DNA of 63,219 nucleotides, filler included, from Corallochytrium limacisporum Hawaii (Eukaryota > Protista > Pluriformea): assembly GCA_002811645.1 (NCBI GenBank). It is 5 parts of 5 records of this genome, joined end to end, with 100 filler letters (N's around TTAATTAATTAA, not from the genome) between each part and the next. Parts side by side here need not be neighbours in the genome. Positions count along the whole stretch, not along the records: positions 1 to 22,330 come from PDIP01000266.1; 4 more parts are not named here. One strand, written 5' to 3'. Shown here in pieces: positions 1 through 10,536 of this stretch (positions are counted from its first letter, which is position 1; the number at the start of each line of letters is the position of its first letter). The notes below the pieces were generated by a model, which worked only from the letters and a program-made list of their open reading frames with translations, searched no databases and was not told where the DNA came from. The position numbers and the translations under genes were made by a program.

Positions 1-85
1 ATAATCATATAAATCACGATCCGGTATATATTTTCGAACGAAAATTTTGGTTGGATACGGAGTATACATTCAACTCAGAGGATAG
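1..85. mobile_element. Terminus (TIR + subterminal region) of TA-bounded DNA-transposon/MITE-like element, variant D; TA at 86-87
   Basis: Ends ...CATTCAACTCAGAGGATAG|TA. Positions 1-87 are identical to 61013-61099, and the sequences diverge immediately after the TA. Confidence 0.8.
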
Positions 86-1343
86 TAATAAAAAAAGGGG
101 GAGGGATAGAGTCAGCAGGCTCCGAAACGAACAGAGGGGACACTCGGAGAAGACACAGAGAGACAAGAAAGAGAGAGCGAGAGAGACAGACAGAGAGAGA
201 GAGAGCGGCAAGCACAGCGGGCGGGAGAGCGAGTACGGTCAGTCAGCGAGCGCCGGGTTTGGGGTGTCTCTGCTGCCAGCTTCCCCCCCCCCCTTTTTTT
301 TTCTTTCTTTCTTGGCTGTGTCGTCGCGGAAGGAAAAAAGTACCCGCAGCCACACACACACACACACAACGCCCAGCAGCCCAAAGGAATGTCCTTCGCC
401 GACGTATGAAATGGGACTGAAAGCGGTACTGAAAGTATGGAGAATTTTTTGGCTTGTTGCTTCCTCGTCGGACCGAAGGGGGGGGTAAGGGGGCCAGACG
501 TCTTCTCGCCTCGACGGGCACCGCCCCGGGGGGGGGGGTTCGGGAGTGAGCGTGACAGTGGCCTGACTCCTGACTCAATTGCAAAAAAGTAGAAACCGGG
601 GAAGCCCGCGCCAGCCTCCTAATCTTTTTTGTTTTTCGTACATTTTATATGGACCCCGGGAGAGCGTTGGACAAATGACCCGTCAGAAAAAAAAAGGGGA
701 AAAAATGGGGTTCAAAAAAAGAAACGGCGAGACCGCCCGATGGGACCACCGTAAAGAGAGCGCCGCCGAGCAAAGACGCAAAGCACCGCCCCCCCCCCCC
801 CGCGGCGGGGCGAGAGAGAGAGGGAGGCCCAGGGAACGGTCGGAAAATAAAAACGGCTGACGGTGACACACCGACCAACTTTTTTTTCCCTGTCAAATTT
901 TCTTTCCGGAAGGGAGCCCCCCCCTCTCTCTCTCTCTCGCTCTCTTCGGGGCCGGGCGAGACTGGCCCAAATGGGCTATTTTTAGAACAGCCAATACACC
1001 CCCCCCCCGGGGGGAGGGGGGACATGAAATAGAAGGGAATCGCCTCCTTGGACCGTCCGTTCGACCCACTTCCTGCACCCCGGGGTTTTTTTTGGGAAAA
1101 GGGAGGGTTTCGGTACATAGCCACCGGGGGCCCCCCGGGGGGGGGGAGGCTGGGGCAAAAAGGGTTTCGGGCGAGTGTGCGAGTTGAATGTTTCACTGCA
1201 CGAGTGGACATGAATTGTAGGATCTATATCCTTTTAGGAGATTCGTTGATGTGCATGTGAAGTTGAGATGGATACATGTGTTGGGGATGGGGTAGATTCT
1301 ATTTCTTTAACGGAACAAACTTGGTATTGATCTACGGTTTCGT

Positions 1344-2624
1344 CTATGAGTCGTGCGCAAGAATCCATTCGACCGCCTGGTCAATGGAATTATTGGTCGC
1401 AGATAGGGCTCGCTGGGCAAGGGTACGGTCATATCCCATGGAGACCAGTGTTTCAACATGTTCTGGATTAGCTGGAGGTTCCTTTGGTGCGGATGCTGCT
1501 GCAGAGGGGGCGGATGTTGTCGAAGAGCTGGCGTCTTGAGCGGGTGACTTCGCGCTCTCATCGGGTGCCTTGCCTCTGAGTTGCTGCTTCGCGTGTTCAG
1601 GCAATTCGTGCTCAGCGAGGAAAGGAGTCTCGGTACCAGTAGCGCCAAAGCGAAGTACATTCTTCTCCAGATTGATGGAACAATGCAGGCCCCGTAGCAT
1701 ATCCAACCCGAGGATCATGTCGATGTTCTGGTCTTCCATGATACTTAGCGCGATGGTTTGAAAATCACCTTCCACCTGCATTTTGACCATGAAGATCTTA
1801 CCCAGAACCTTAGCACTGCCTACTCCGACGGCCATAGTAGCAAAGCGATCATCAAGCCAAGCGAGGATACCACAGCGCTCTGCAGTGGCCTTGCTCATGA
1901 TGCTCATCTGGGCACCGCTGTCAACAAACGCTTTGATTGGGTGGTCATTTACCTTGCAGTTAATGTACAACATGGTGATATGACCGAATTGCTCTGGAGT
2001 ATGCTCCATGGCATGTTCCAGTCGCTCCTGCACATTGCGCCGACGGGTTTCATCTTCAAGAAACTTTTGGGCTTCCACATCCATTGGATTTGCCTGGGCC
2101 CGGCGCATCATTTCAGCTTTCTTGCGCTCGTGCTCCATCCTTGCGTTTTCCCACTGGAGGATAATGCCCTTAAAGGCCTGAAAATCGCCTTTCTCAGCTG
2201 CTTCAACCATAGCAGGATTACCCTGGCGCATACGCTCACGCTCTGCAGGCACCGAGCGGATGGAATCGTACAGTTGTCTCAGTTGCTGGTCCCGGGGATC
2301 AACCTGAGGCCGGCTCTGTGCACCCAGGGATCCCCAATCGATGTTGAACGGCAGCGCACGATTAGATCTTTGTGCTCCTGCAGGAGGTTGTGCCTGCTGT
2401 GGTATTTTCTTCTGTAGAAGCAGCATGTCCTCATGTCCTACTCCTTCTGACTGCAAAGTTGCTGCGCCATTGTTAAGGATTTTGTTCTTGAAGCTAAGAA
2501 CCTGCTGATCAACCGGAATACCGCAGTCAGCCTCCAGGACCGCCTTTACCGACGCGATGTCCATTTCAGGCATGACATCGATACTGTAGAAGTCCCCATC
2601 AGGGGTTTGGAAATTTATCCGCAT
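1344..2624 (-). CDS. DDI1: DNA damage-inducible protein 1 (UBL - retroviral-type aspartic protease - UBA)
   Basis: N-terminal ubiquitin-like domain, MLYINCKVN..IKAFVDSGAQMSIMS protease motif, C-terminal UBA (LVSMGYDR...AVEWIL). Confidence 0.97.
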   Translation of the reverse strand: MRINFQTPDGDFYSIDVMPEMDIASVKAVLEADCGIPVDQQVLSFKNKILNNGAATLQSEGVGHEDMLLLQKKIPQQAQPPAGAQRSNRALPFNIDWGSLGAQSRPQVDPRDQQLRQLYDSIRSVPAERERMRQGNPAMVEAAEKGDFQAFKGIILQWENARMEHERKKAEMMRRAQANPMDVEAQKFLEDETRRRNVQERLEHAMEHTPEQFGHITMLYINCKVNDHPIKAFVDSGAQMSIMSKATAERCGILAWLDDRFATMAVGVGSAKVLGKIFMVKMQVEGDFQTIALSIMEDQNIDMILGLDMLRGLHCSINLEKNVLRFGATGTETPFLAEHELPEHAKQQLRGKAPDESAKSPAQDASSSTTSAPSAAASAPKEPPANPEHVETLVSMGYDRTLAQRALSATNNSIDQAVEWILAHDS

Positions 2625-3192
2625 CGTTCAAATATATTCTAACGCGATGGTCTAATCTACATTGATAGCGTTCTGGTTCCGTACCCGTCAGATCCATCTG
2701 CACATTTAAGTACCTGGGTCCAGCACAGACCCCAAAGTGTCACACCATCATCTGGCTTCGAGAACGAACTCATGCTGAGTCAATACACCCACCAACTCTC
2801 CATAACCGGGGATGCGCAACGGCTTTTCAGGCCACAACAGGGCAGAGGTGGTCGCGAGGTTGACGTCGCAGCGAGACCAACAGACCCGACTCCCCGCTTG
2901 GAGAAGGAACACACTACCCGAGAAACGCCGCGAAGGTTTCCTTCCGTGCGCCTTCTCTTTCCTTTCTCCTTTAATGCACAACACAAACCAACCGGCCGGC
3001 ACCAAGCGGGCAAGCTACGCAGATCAATAAAAAAAATGGGCCATGGAACATAAACTGAAAACCTAATTAAAATAATAGCGGGGCCTATTATTCTGCGGTG
3101 GAGCCAAGGCAATGGGGGGAGGGAGAGTTGGAAAGGGCAGCAGCTGCAGTAACTGCGAGGGTGTCTCCGCAGGGATGCAGGCTGCAACAGTC

Positions 3193-3210
3193 GGCGGGAA
3201 ATTTTCGAAA
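3193..3210 (+). promoter_or_regulatory. Putative E2F/CDE + CHR-like (DREAM-type) element upstream of kinesin-8
   Basis: GGCGGGAAATTTTCGAAA: E2F-like GCGGGAAA adjacent to TTCGAA, a CHR variant. Motif match only. Confidence 0.3.
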
Positions 3211-4146
3211 GTGCTTAGGAGGGGGTCTCAAACAGCACAGGTGGACTCCCACCCGCCCCCCTCCCCTCCCCCAAACCTCCTGGCTTGTTGCTCGGCCTTC
3301 TACGAAATATTCCCATGCAACGTCTATAGTGAAAAAGGGAAGGGGACCGGAGGGAGAGGTCTCGTTGTTCGGTGGTCGTTCTGTTGTGGCTTCCTTTCCC
3401 CAAGTCGCAGGCCTCCCTAGCTGCGTCGGTCGCTAGTGAATGTACCGCACTGGAAATAGGCGCGCGCGCGTCCGCAGGAAGTAAGTGGCGACACTTGCCG
3501 TAGGCAGCAGTTCTGTGTGGCCCGGTGACCGGAAATCTTGCAGTACATTTTCTATACTTAAAGAACCGAAGGTGAAATGTTCCAGGTCAGAGGAGAACAG
3601 GGGAACGGAGAGCGGTGTGATGCTTTGGGGAAGGCCCCGGGCCCACCGCTGACGGAGTCACCGCACACAGTTCAGGGTCTCAAACCTCGCATACAGAGCA
3701 GCGGAGGCCGTTCGGACTTCCAGGAGCCTGGAGCCGCTCTGTGGTCTCAAAAACAGTGTACAGTGATACTCAACGGGAAATACGGGACAACGGCGGCGAT
3801 GTGACATTTTGTCGCAAAGGGGAGGCCTCCTCCCGTGGCTGGTTGACCGAAGGTCTCGGAGTATGTCTTTTAAATTGTGGTACTGCTGTGCCCCGAACTG
3901 CGCACGTCCATTGAGGGAAACAATAACAGAATTCTATCCAGGACCAAGCAGTGAGAGGAGACAACTTTCTGGAGTAACGAGGCGTTTCAATGATTGTGCG
4001 GTGAAGGTATGAGAGACGTTGAATTACATCCACAGTGTTATCAGGAGATCAAGGCAAGGCGAAGAAGTACCCATAGGCGACAGAGTGTCGGAATAGCACA
4101 GCGGGGAAGACGCGTGCATAGGAAGGCACATTGTAGGGACAGAAAA

Positions 4147-6927
4147 ATGGTGATTACATCGCACAAGACCGCCACCGCTGCCTTGAAGGCAAAGGTGGAC
4201 GCGCATCGTCAGGCGCGGACCATTGCCAGCAATGGCAGTGGAGATAGTCAAACACACGTAAACATGGTCGTTGCTGTGCGTGTGCGACCTGAGAACGACA
4301 AAGAGAAAGAGAGCCATAGGAACATTATTCGTACAGTTGACAAGAAGATCGTTGTATTCGATGCCAAGGGCGATACTGTAGAAGAAGAAGACGACGATTT
4401 GCCGAAGGCGATCAAGAACCGCTTCACCAGTGCCAAGGCACCCAAGGATATCCGCTACGCTTTTGACCGCGTGTTCGATGAAGAATCAACTCAGCAGGAA
4501 GTCTTCGAAGGAACCACGAAGCCCTTGATTGATAACGTTTTGAACGGCTACAACGCAACGGTGTTTGCCTATGGTGCTACTGGTGCGGGTAAGACCCACA
4601 CAATGTTAGGATACAATGACGATCCAGGTGTTATGGTACAGACAATGAAGGCTCTTTTCGAGCGCATTGAGGATGAAAAGGAAAATTGGGTGGTTGATGT
4701 GAAACTAACCTATCTTGAGGTTTATAATGAAACCTTACGGGATTTGCTAAATCCCGGAAAGCCTCTTAACCTGCGCGAAGCAGGCAAGGAATGCGTTGTT
4801 GCGGGTATCTCTCTCCACAGCCCAACAGATGCGGACGATGTCTTGCGTCTCTTGCACTATGGAAACAAAAACCGTACACAGCATCCTACAGACGCGAACG
4901 CTCAGAGCAGTCGCAGTCACGCAGTTGCCCAGATTTACTTGGAGCGGCGAGCGCGCACCGGTGATGTAAAGGCCAGCGTGACCTCTGCAAAGCTCAGTCT
5001 CATCGATTTGGCTGGTTCTGAACGAGGAACTGCGACCACCAACAAGGGTGCTCGTATGTTAGAAGGCGCTAATATCAATAAGTCACTCCTGGCACTAGGA
5101 AATTGCATCAATGCACTTGTCCGGGCCAGCCAGCGTGGTAAGCCAGCACATATTCCCTACCGTGACAGTAAGTTAACTCGATTGTTGAAAGACAGTCTTG
5201 GAGGCAACACCAGAACGGTCATGATTGCAAACATTAGTCCGTCTAGCCAGACATACGAAGATACACATAACACACTCAAGTATGCCAACCGGGCTAAGAA
5301 CATCAAGTTACAGAACAAGCAGAACACCCACACAGTCAAATTCCATATCTCCAAGTACACTACCATCATCGAGGATCTGCACAAGGAAGTGGAAGGACTC
5401 AAGCGTCAGCTTATAGAGAAAGATGCTGAAATCCATGCCCTGAAGGCCGCAGCCCAGGCTGCCCAGCAGACTGAAAAGCCACAGCAGCGGAAATCCACGG
5501 CCATGGATGTTGATGAAACTTCTACAAAGGTTGAAAGTGCCAGCCTATCCGCACCTGAATCTAGCCCGGCTGTGAAGACAAAGGGCCAGGACTTCCTTGC
5601 AGAAGCCAACAATTTCCTGGCTGACATTGACATCATCTTCGACGATCTGAAGGAGCGATACGACGAAAGCGCTCGTCTAAACCAGAACCTGTTTGCCATT
5701 GAAGCTGACATGCGTCAGCAGAAGCGGCAACGGGATCGTTTGGTCGAGATTCTGCGTACTAATAAGAGTATGAGCAAGAACATCAAGAGCTCTGTCGATG
5801 AACAATTCCTAGGCTGTGAAGAACGCATTGAAAACTTCACCAAAGATCGCGCAGAACTGCAGGCAGCAAAGGAACGTGTCGACGATATTATCAAGTCTAG
5901 CCAGTCTGAATTTGAAAGCATTCTTACCAGCGCAAAGAATGCCGGTGAGCCCATCTACGGCCTGGTCAAGCGCGACCTGGAGCGTCGGCAGAGCAAGTTG
6001 AAGCTCGAGGAGACCATGCGGGATGTGAAGGCCAGCGAGGACGGCCGTACCAAGCTGGAAAGCGAGGCACACAGTAACGAACGAATTGTCACAATCCTGT
6101 TGGATGTGATTGGCAAGCAGAAGCAGGCCATTCGGGACCTTGGTGGTGAGAAGAACTCATCTATTTCTAAACAATACCGAAAGGCGATGCGTGCGGTGAC
6201 TCAGGAATTTACAAGCGATCGCGTTACCTGGTGGGACGGACCAATGGCGGTTTCCACGCCACCCGAGGGCCAGCAAGAAATGAAGGACAAACGCATTAGT
6301 CTTGACAGTCAGCTTAGTCTCGAGGAAATGAATATCGATGACGAGGAGAACACAATGAACCTTATTCATAGTCTGGGACCGAAGTCTCAACTGAAGCGCC
6401 CGGTGAGCCCTTATTTTGAGTCTGCCAAGCAGAGCAGCCCGGGCAAGCTGATTGGTCTCAATGATAATGGTGAATCGGAAGCCTCCAGCGAAGGATCCAC
6501 AAGTGACTTGGTAGATAGCATGAACAACCCACCGCCCAAGCGACAGAAGAGCGGAGAAAGGCGACCTTCTTCAGCTAGGGCTGGAGCCATTACTTCTACT
6601 AAGCACCTCAAGCCCCACGGCTACCGGTCTAAGTCCGACGGTCACCGCACATCTACGAACAAAACTCCTCTCAAGGAGCTCGCTGGCAATGGAAACTATG
6701 GCTCTACTCCGAGACACCGCAGTTTGTCGGAGAGGAGCGTGCCCGGCTTCATGAAGCAGACACTGAGTGCGTCAAGCAAGCGACGAGCTGGAGGTTCTGG
6801 ATCGCCCGGTTCCAAAGAAAACACACTCCACAACAGCAGTGTCACACCGTCTCGGAGGGTAGTTACTCCAGGTGTGAAGCAACGCAATGGTGCTATCACT
6901 GGGGTTCGTCGGAGTATTGGCGTGTAG
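4147..6927 (+). CDS. KIF18: Kinesin-8 family motor (KIF18/Kip3-like)
   Basis: VAVRVRP, P-loop AYGATGAGKTHTM, HPTDANAQSSRSHA, LSLIDLAGSER, HIPYRDSKLTRLLKDSLGGN, YEDTHNTLKYANRAK, then coiled coil and basic tail. ATG at 4147 preferred over the upstream extension in the ORF track. Confidence 0.95.
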   Translation: MVITSHKTATAALKAKVDAHRQARTIASNGSGDSQTHVNMVVAVRVRPENDKEKESHRNIIRTVDKKIVVFDAKGDTVEEEDDDLPKAIKNRFTSAKAPKDIRYAFDRVFDEESTQQEVFEGTTKPLIDNVLNGYNATVFAYGATGAGKTHTMLGYNDDPGVMVQTMKALFERIEDEKENWVVDVKLTYLEVYNETLRDLLNPGKPLNLREAGKECVVAGISLHSPTDADDVLRLLHYGNKNRTQHPTDANAQSSRSHAVAQIYLERRARTGDVKASVTSAKLSLIDLAGSERGTATTNKGARMLEGANINKSLLALGNCINALVRASQRGKPAHIPYRDSKLTRLLKDSLGGNTRTVMIANISPSSQTYEDTHNTLKYANRAKNIKLQNKQNTHTVKFHISKYTTIIEDLHKEVEGLKRQLIEKDAEIHALKAAAQAAQQTEKPQQRKSTAMDVDETSTKVESASLSAPESSPAVKTKGQDFLAEANNFLADIDIIFDDLKERYDESARLNQNLFAIEADMRQQKRQRDRLVEILRTNKSMSKNIKSSVDEQFLGCEERIENFTKDRAELQAAKERVDDIIKSSQSEFESILTSAKNAGEPIYGLVKRDLERRQSKLKLEETMRDVKASEDGRTKLESEAHSNERIVTILLDVIGKQKQAIRDLGGEKNSSISKQYRKAMRAVTQEFTSDRVTWWDGPMAVSTPPEGQQEMKDKRISLDSQLSLEEMNIDDEENTMNLIHSLGPKSQLKRPVSPYFESAKQSSPGKLIGLNDNGESEASSEGSTSDLVDSMNNPPPKRQKSGERRPSSARAGAITSTKHLKPHGYRSKSDGHRTSTNKTPLKELAGNGNYGSTPRHRSLSERSVPGFMKQTLSASSKRRAGGSGSPGSKENTLHNSSVTPSRRVVTPGVKQRNGAITGVRRSIGV

Positions 6928-7142
6928 AGAGGCAGGACATACCTCATTTCCCTTCCCCTTGAACAGAACTGAAGACCCTGTCTTCTTTACTATAATTAAA
7001 TCACTCATACATCAATCTAACGCATCAACAATAAGACAACGCCATGCATGTCAGCAGCCGCTTGCAGGCTGTTCTACTTTTGTTTCTTCTGCTATTTATC
7101 AGGAACGTTCCCTAATCCGAGGGAGGTGTTCTGTTGTCGCAT

Positions 7143-7817
7143 TTAGTTATCCTCAATCACCCATTTCTTGTCAACCCGCTCCCAGTCGACCAGCTCACTC
7201 TTGTTGAACCACAGACCAATCTCCTTGTTGGCAGACTCAACGGAATCGGAACCGTGGCATACATTGCGTCCGACAACCAGGCACAGATCGCCACGAATGG
7301 TACCAGGCAAGGAATCCTGTGGGTTGGTGGCACCCAGCATAACACGGCCAGTCCTCACGGCATCGGGACCCTCCCAAACCATGCAACAAACAGGGCCAGA
7401 GTTCATATACTTGATCAAACCTGGGAAGAAGGGCTTCTTGGCAAGGTCAGCGTAGTGGTTACGGAGCAAATCGAGGTCAGCATGCTTCACCTTCATTGCG
7501 ACGAGCTTGTAACCCTTCTTCTCAAAACGGCCGATAATCTCACCAATCAAACCACGATGGACACCGTCGGGCTTGATCATGATGAAGGTGCGCTCAGTTG
7601 GAGAGCCCTTGGCCAGAGAAGCGGGCTGGTACTGAGAGCGAGCAGCGAAGTAGGCACCGGCGGCAGCGATCATGCCGAATCCCATGAGGCCAGCGCGCAT
7701 CATGTTGGAGCTGGAAGACTCAGCAGAGCTGGCAGAAGTGGAAGCCCAGCGGCGAGCCATGGGAGTGGCAGCGCGGGAGGCCTGGCGCAGGCCGGTCATG
7801 GAAGCGACACGCAGCAT
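7143..7817 (-). CDS. NDK: Nucleoside diphosphate kinase with mitochondrial presequence
   Basis: [29 protein letters not shown] (catalytic His). Arg/Ala/Ser-rich N-terminus followed by a hydrophobic stretch. Confidence 0.97.
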   Translation of the reverse strand: MLRVASMTGLRQASRAATPMARRWASTSASSAESSSSNMMRAGLMGFGMIAAAGAYFAARSQYQPASLAKGSPTERTFIMIKPDGVHRGLIGEIIGRFEKKGYKLVAMKVKHADLDLLRNHYADLAKKPFFPGLIKYMNSGPVCCMVWEGPDAVRTGRVMLGATNPQDSLPGTIRGDLCLVVGRNVCHGSDSVESANKEIGLWFNKSELVDWERVDKKWVIEDN

Positions 7818-8720
7818 GTTCGTAAGATAAACAAAACGAGTAATCTATCTATACCGTCCGTACGGTTACAGGGCGTGGCTATCACCATCAGAAGATATAC
7901 AGATGGACGGCTTTTCTAGCACAAAGAGCCATTGACGGAGACAGTGACATCACTTCCCATGGAATGCATTACGGTGGCGTTTACCCCTGTCGATCCATGC
8001 AGATCCCACTAACGGGGCCGTAAAACCAACTGCAACACACTCAGCAGCAGATACACGGCACCCTGCACACCGATCTGTCCCTTGCCTTCCACACTCCTCC
8101 TCCCCATCCTGATCGGGATGATTCCCCCCGTGTGTACTCCACCTCCGGGGCTCTACCACTCCCAATAACAAACAACTCCCGGAGAAGCGGGGGAACCGTA
8201 TTCATTATGTACCGTTAACCACTCGCCTCCCGTCCTTACACACGCCGAGTTTGAAGGGGACCCTTTCGTACTTTGCCTTCCAATCGCTCTTGCGCTCCCT
8301 AAGGGACCGTGGCCCCCAAATAGGGGCCTATTTATTCCCCCTTCCGTGGGCCCTCCCGGGAGGGGGGGAGGGGGGTGGGGAGTATTGAGACACCGGGTCG
8401 GTGGAAGGCAGTCATGTGGCCAATGGAGGACCCAGTTTCCCTTGGCACACGAATTTGCGGGCCTTGCTGTGTGAGCAAAGTATCAATTAGTACGGAGATG
8501 AATGAGTGTCAGTAGAGAGTGGACTGTAACCTATTTCGAAGACGGTTATGACTGTGTGCAGAACTGAGGTACTTCATATCGTTGTTAATTGCGCAAATTT
8601 TGTGTACAGACCAATTTTAGCCACAACACGACGGGAAATATACATTAGGATCGAGCCAGCCTGTCGGAGCTGAAGTAGGTAGAATTCGGACTATCGAATA
8701 AAATTGGAACGAGATAGAAC

Positions 8721-8861
8721 ATGTTTGCCACAAGGCCCCTTATGTATAAGGTCCGGGCGTCCATTAAGCCCATGTGCGAGCACTGTAAGGTGATCAAAAA
8801 AGACAAGGTGGTACGGATTGTGTGCCCCAAGAATCCAAAGCACAAGCAGCGCCAGGGATAG
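8721..8861 (+). CDS. MRPL36: Mitochondrial ribosomal protein bL36m (46 aa, below ORF-track cut-off)
   Basis: Manual translation gives [46 protein letters not shown], with the L36 signature KVRAS..C..C...[10 protein letters not shown]. Confidence 0.93.
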   Translation: MFATRPLMYKVRASIKPMCEHCKVIKKDKVVRIVCPKNPKHKQRQG

Positions 8862-9075
8862 CATCATTTGTCCCAGAAAATTGAAAATTTTTTCGCTGAC
8901 ATAAGTAAAGAACAGGGTCCACCACTCTCAATTGAAATGGATTTACCATGCATACTTCGCATCTCACATTTTACTCACATACACATAGACTATACCATCA
9001 GTATCGCTTACTTTCTGTATTATAGAACAAGTTCCACTCAAGTTTGGCATTTTGAGTACAGCGATGCATTATGTA

Positions 9076-10536
9076 TCAGAGCTGTGTCTGACGCTGACGG
9101 ACCTCGTCCTCAACCATGCGCAGTAATTCACTGCCCTGCTCGGTGAGCTCCTCAGCCTCGCGGCCAGGCTCGGACAAAGTGTGTGGAGGAATCATCGATG
9201 CTCCGAGTCCGCCAGCCGCAGCTGAGGCTGCCGCAGCAGATGCCGGGCGGTCACGTGGTGCATCGAAGCCATTGTTGCCAGAAGCACTCGGGCCATTGCC
9301 AGTACCACTGCCGGTGGTGGTGCTGCTGGAAGTGCTGCTGCTGTGCTGGCTCCGGGTGGTCTCATTCAGCACTTGGTCAAGGGTCGGACGATCGCCACCG
9401 CCACCGCCACCGCCACCGCCGCCCGTAGGGCCAGAAGGTTTCGTCGGTGATGTGGACTGTTGTTTGTAGATGGCCATTGCCTGAGCAACCATTGATGCCG
9501 GATCACCAGCGTTGCTGGGAAGTAGAATCGTGTTGGTCTCCTTCGCAAGCTTTCCGAATGCATCGACATAGTGAGTAGCAATGTTGAGCTGCGCAGCTTC
9601 AGCACCGCCGTCACGCTGCATAGCGGCACCGATCTGGTCCAATGAACGACTTGTGGCGGCCGCACGAGCAAGGATAGCCTTAGCTTGACCCTCTGCACGG
9701 TTGATTTCTTCCATCATGGTGGCTTCAGAAGCCAGGATTGCCGCCCGTTTCTTACCCTCTGCAATGTTAATTTCAGATTCACGCTGACCCTCAGACTCCA
9801 AAACTTTGGCACGCTTCTTACGTTCCGCGCTTACTTGCATTTGCATAGCTTCCACAACCCTTTCCGGCAGCTGGATATCTCGGATCTCGTAACGCAGGCA
9901 TTTGATGCCCCATACGTTGGCAGCACCATTGATCACGTCCACAATGCTGGCGTTGAGGGAGTCGCGCTCTCGGAAGACATTGTCCAGACTCATCTTGCCG
10001 ATCTCGCTACGCATGGTCGTCTGTGCCAACTGTTTTACTGCGTATTCAGGATCCTCTACTCCGTAGCTGGCACTTACGGGATCCTCCACCCGCAGATACA
10101 ATACACCGTCAAGATGCAGAGTGACATTGTCCTGAGTGATAGCACTCTGTGAAGGCACTTCGATAGCAATTTCTTTCAAGCTGTGCACGTAACTGATCTC
10201 ATCAATGACGGGAATCAGAATGGCCAAGCCCGGTTCCAAACGTCGGTGAAACTTACCGAAGCGTTCCACAATCCATGCCTCTTGCTGGGGTACAAACTTG
10301 ATGACTGTGTTCATTGGGAGCTTACGCCGCCGGGTAGGCATATAGTCTGACAGCATTGGGCCTCCGTCATTGCCACTTCCAGGTCCACCAAAAATCCCAC
10401 GGCGCTGGTTGTACAGAACTCCACCGCCCACAACCAGACAGGTGCCTGCCTGTTTGCGGGTTAGGGGCGTGATCTGCGAGATGTGCTTGCTCATATGTGG
10501 CACCACCACGCGATTGAAAATCTGTTGCGCTGCCAT
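9076..10536 (-). CDS. STOML2: Stomatin-like protein 2 (SPFH/band 7), mitochondrial
   Basis: NTVIKFVPQQEAWIVERFGKF, AQTTMRSEIG, CLRYEIRDI, MQMQVSAERKKRA, YVDAFGKLAKETNT; low-complexity Gly/Ser tail. Confidence 0.96.
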   Translation of the reverse strand: MAAQQIFNRVVVPHMSKHISQITPLTRKQAGTCLVVGGGVLYNQRRGIFGGPGSGNDGGPMLSDYMPTRRRKLPMNTVIKFVPQQEAWIVERFGKFHRRLEPGLAILIPVIDEISYVHSLKEIAIEVPSQSAITQDNVTLHLDGVLYLRVEDPVSASYGVEDPEYAVKQLAQTTMRSEIGKMSLDNVFRERDSLNASIVDVINGAANVWGIKCLRYEIRDIQLPERVVEAMQMQVSAERKKRAKVLESEGQRESEINIAEGKKRAAILASEATMMEEINRAEGQAKAILARAAATSRSLDQIGAAMQRDGGAEAAQLNIATHYVDAFGKLAKETNTILLPSNAGDPASMVAQAMAIYKQQSTSPTKPSGPTGGGGGGGGGGDRPTLDQVLNETTRSQHSSSTSSSTTTGSGTGNGPSASGNNGFDAPRDRPASAAAASAAAGGLGASMIPPHTLSEPGREAEELTEQGSELLRMVEDEVRQRQTQL

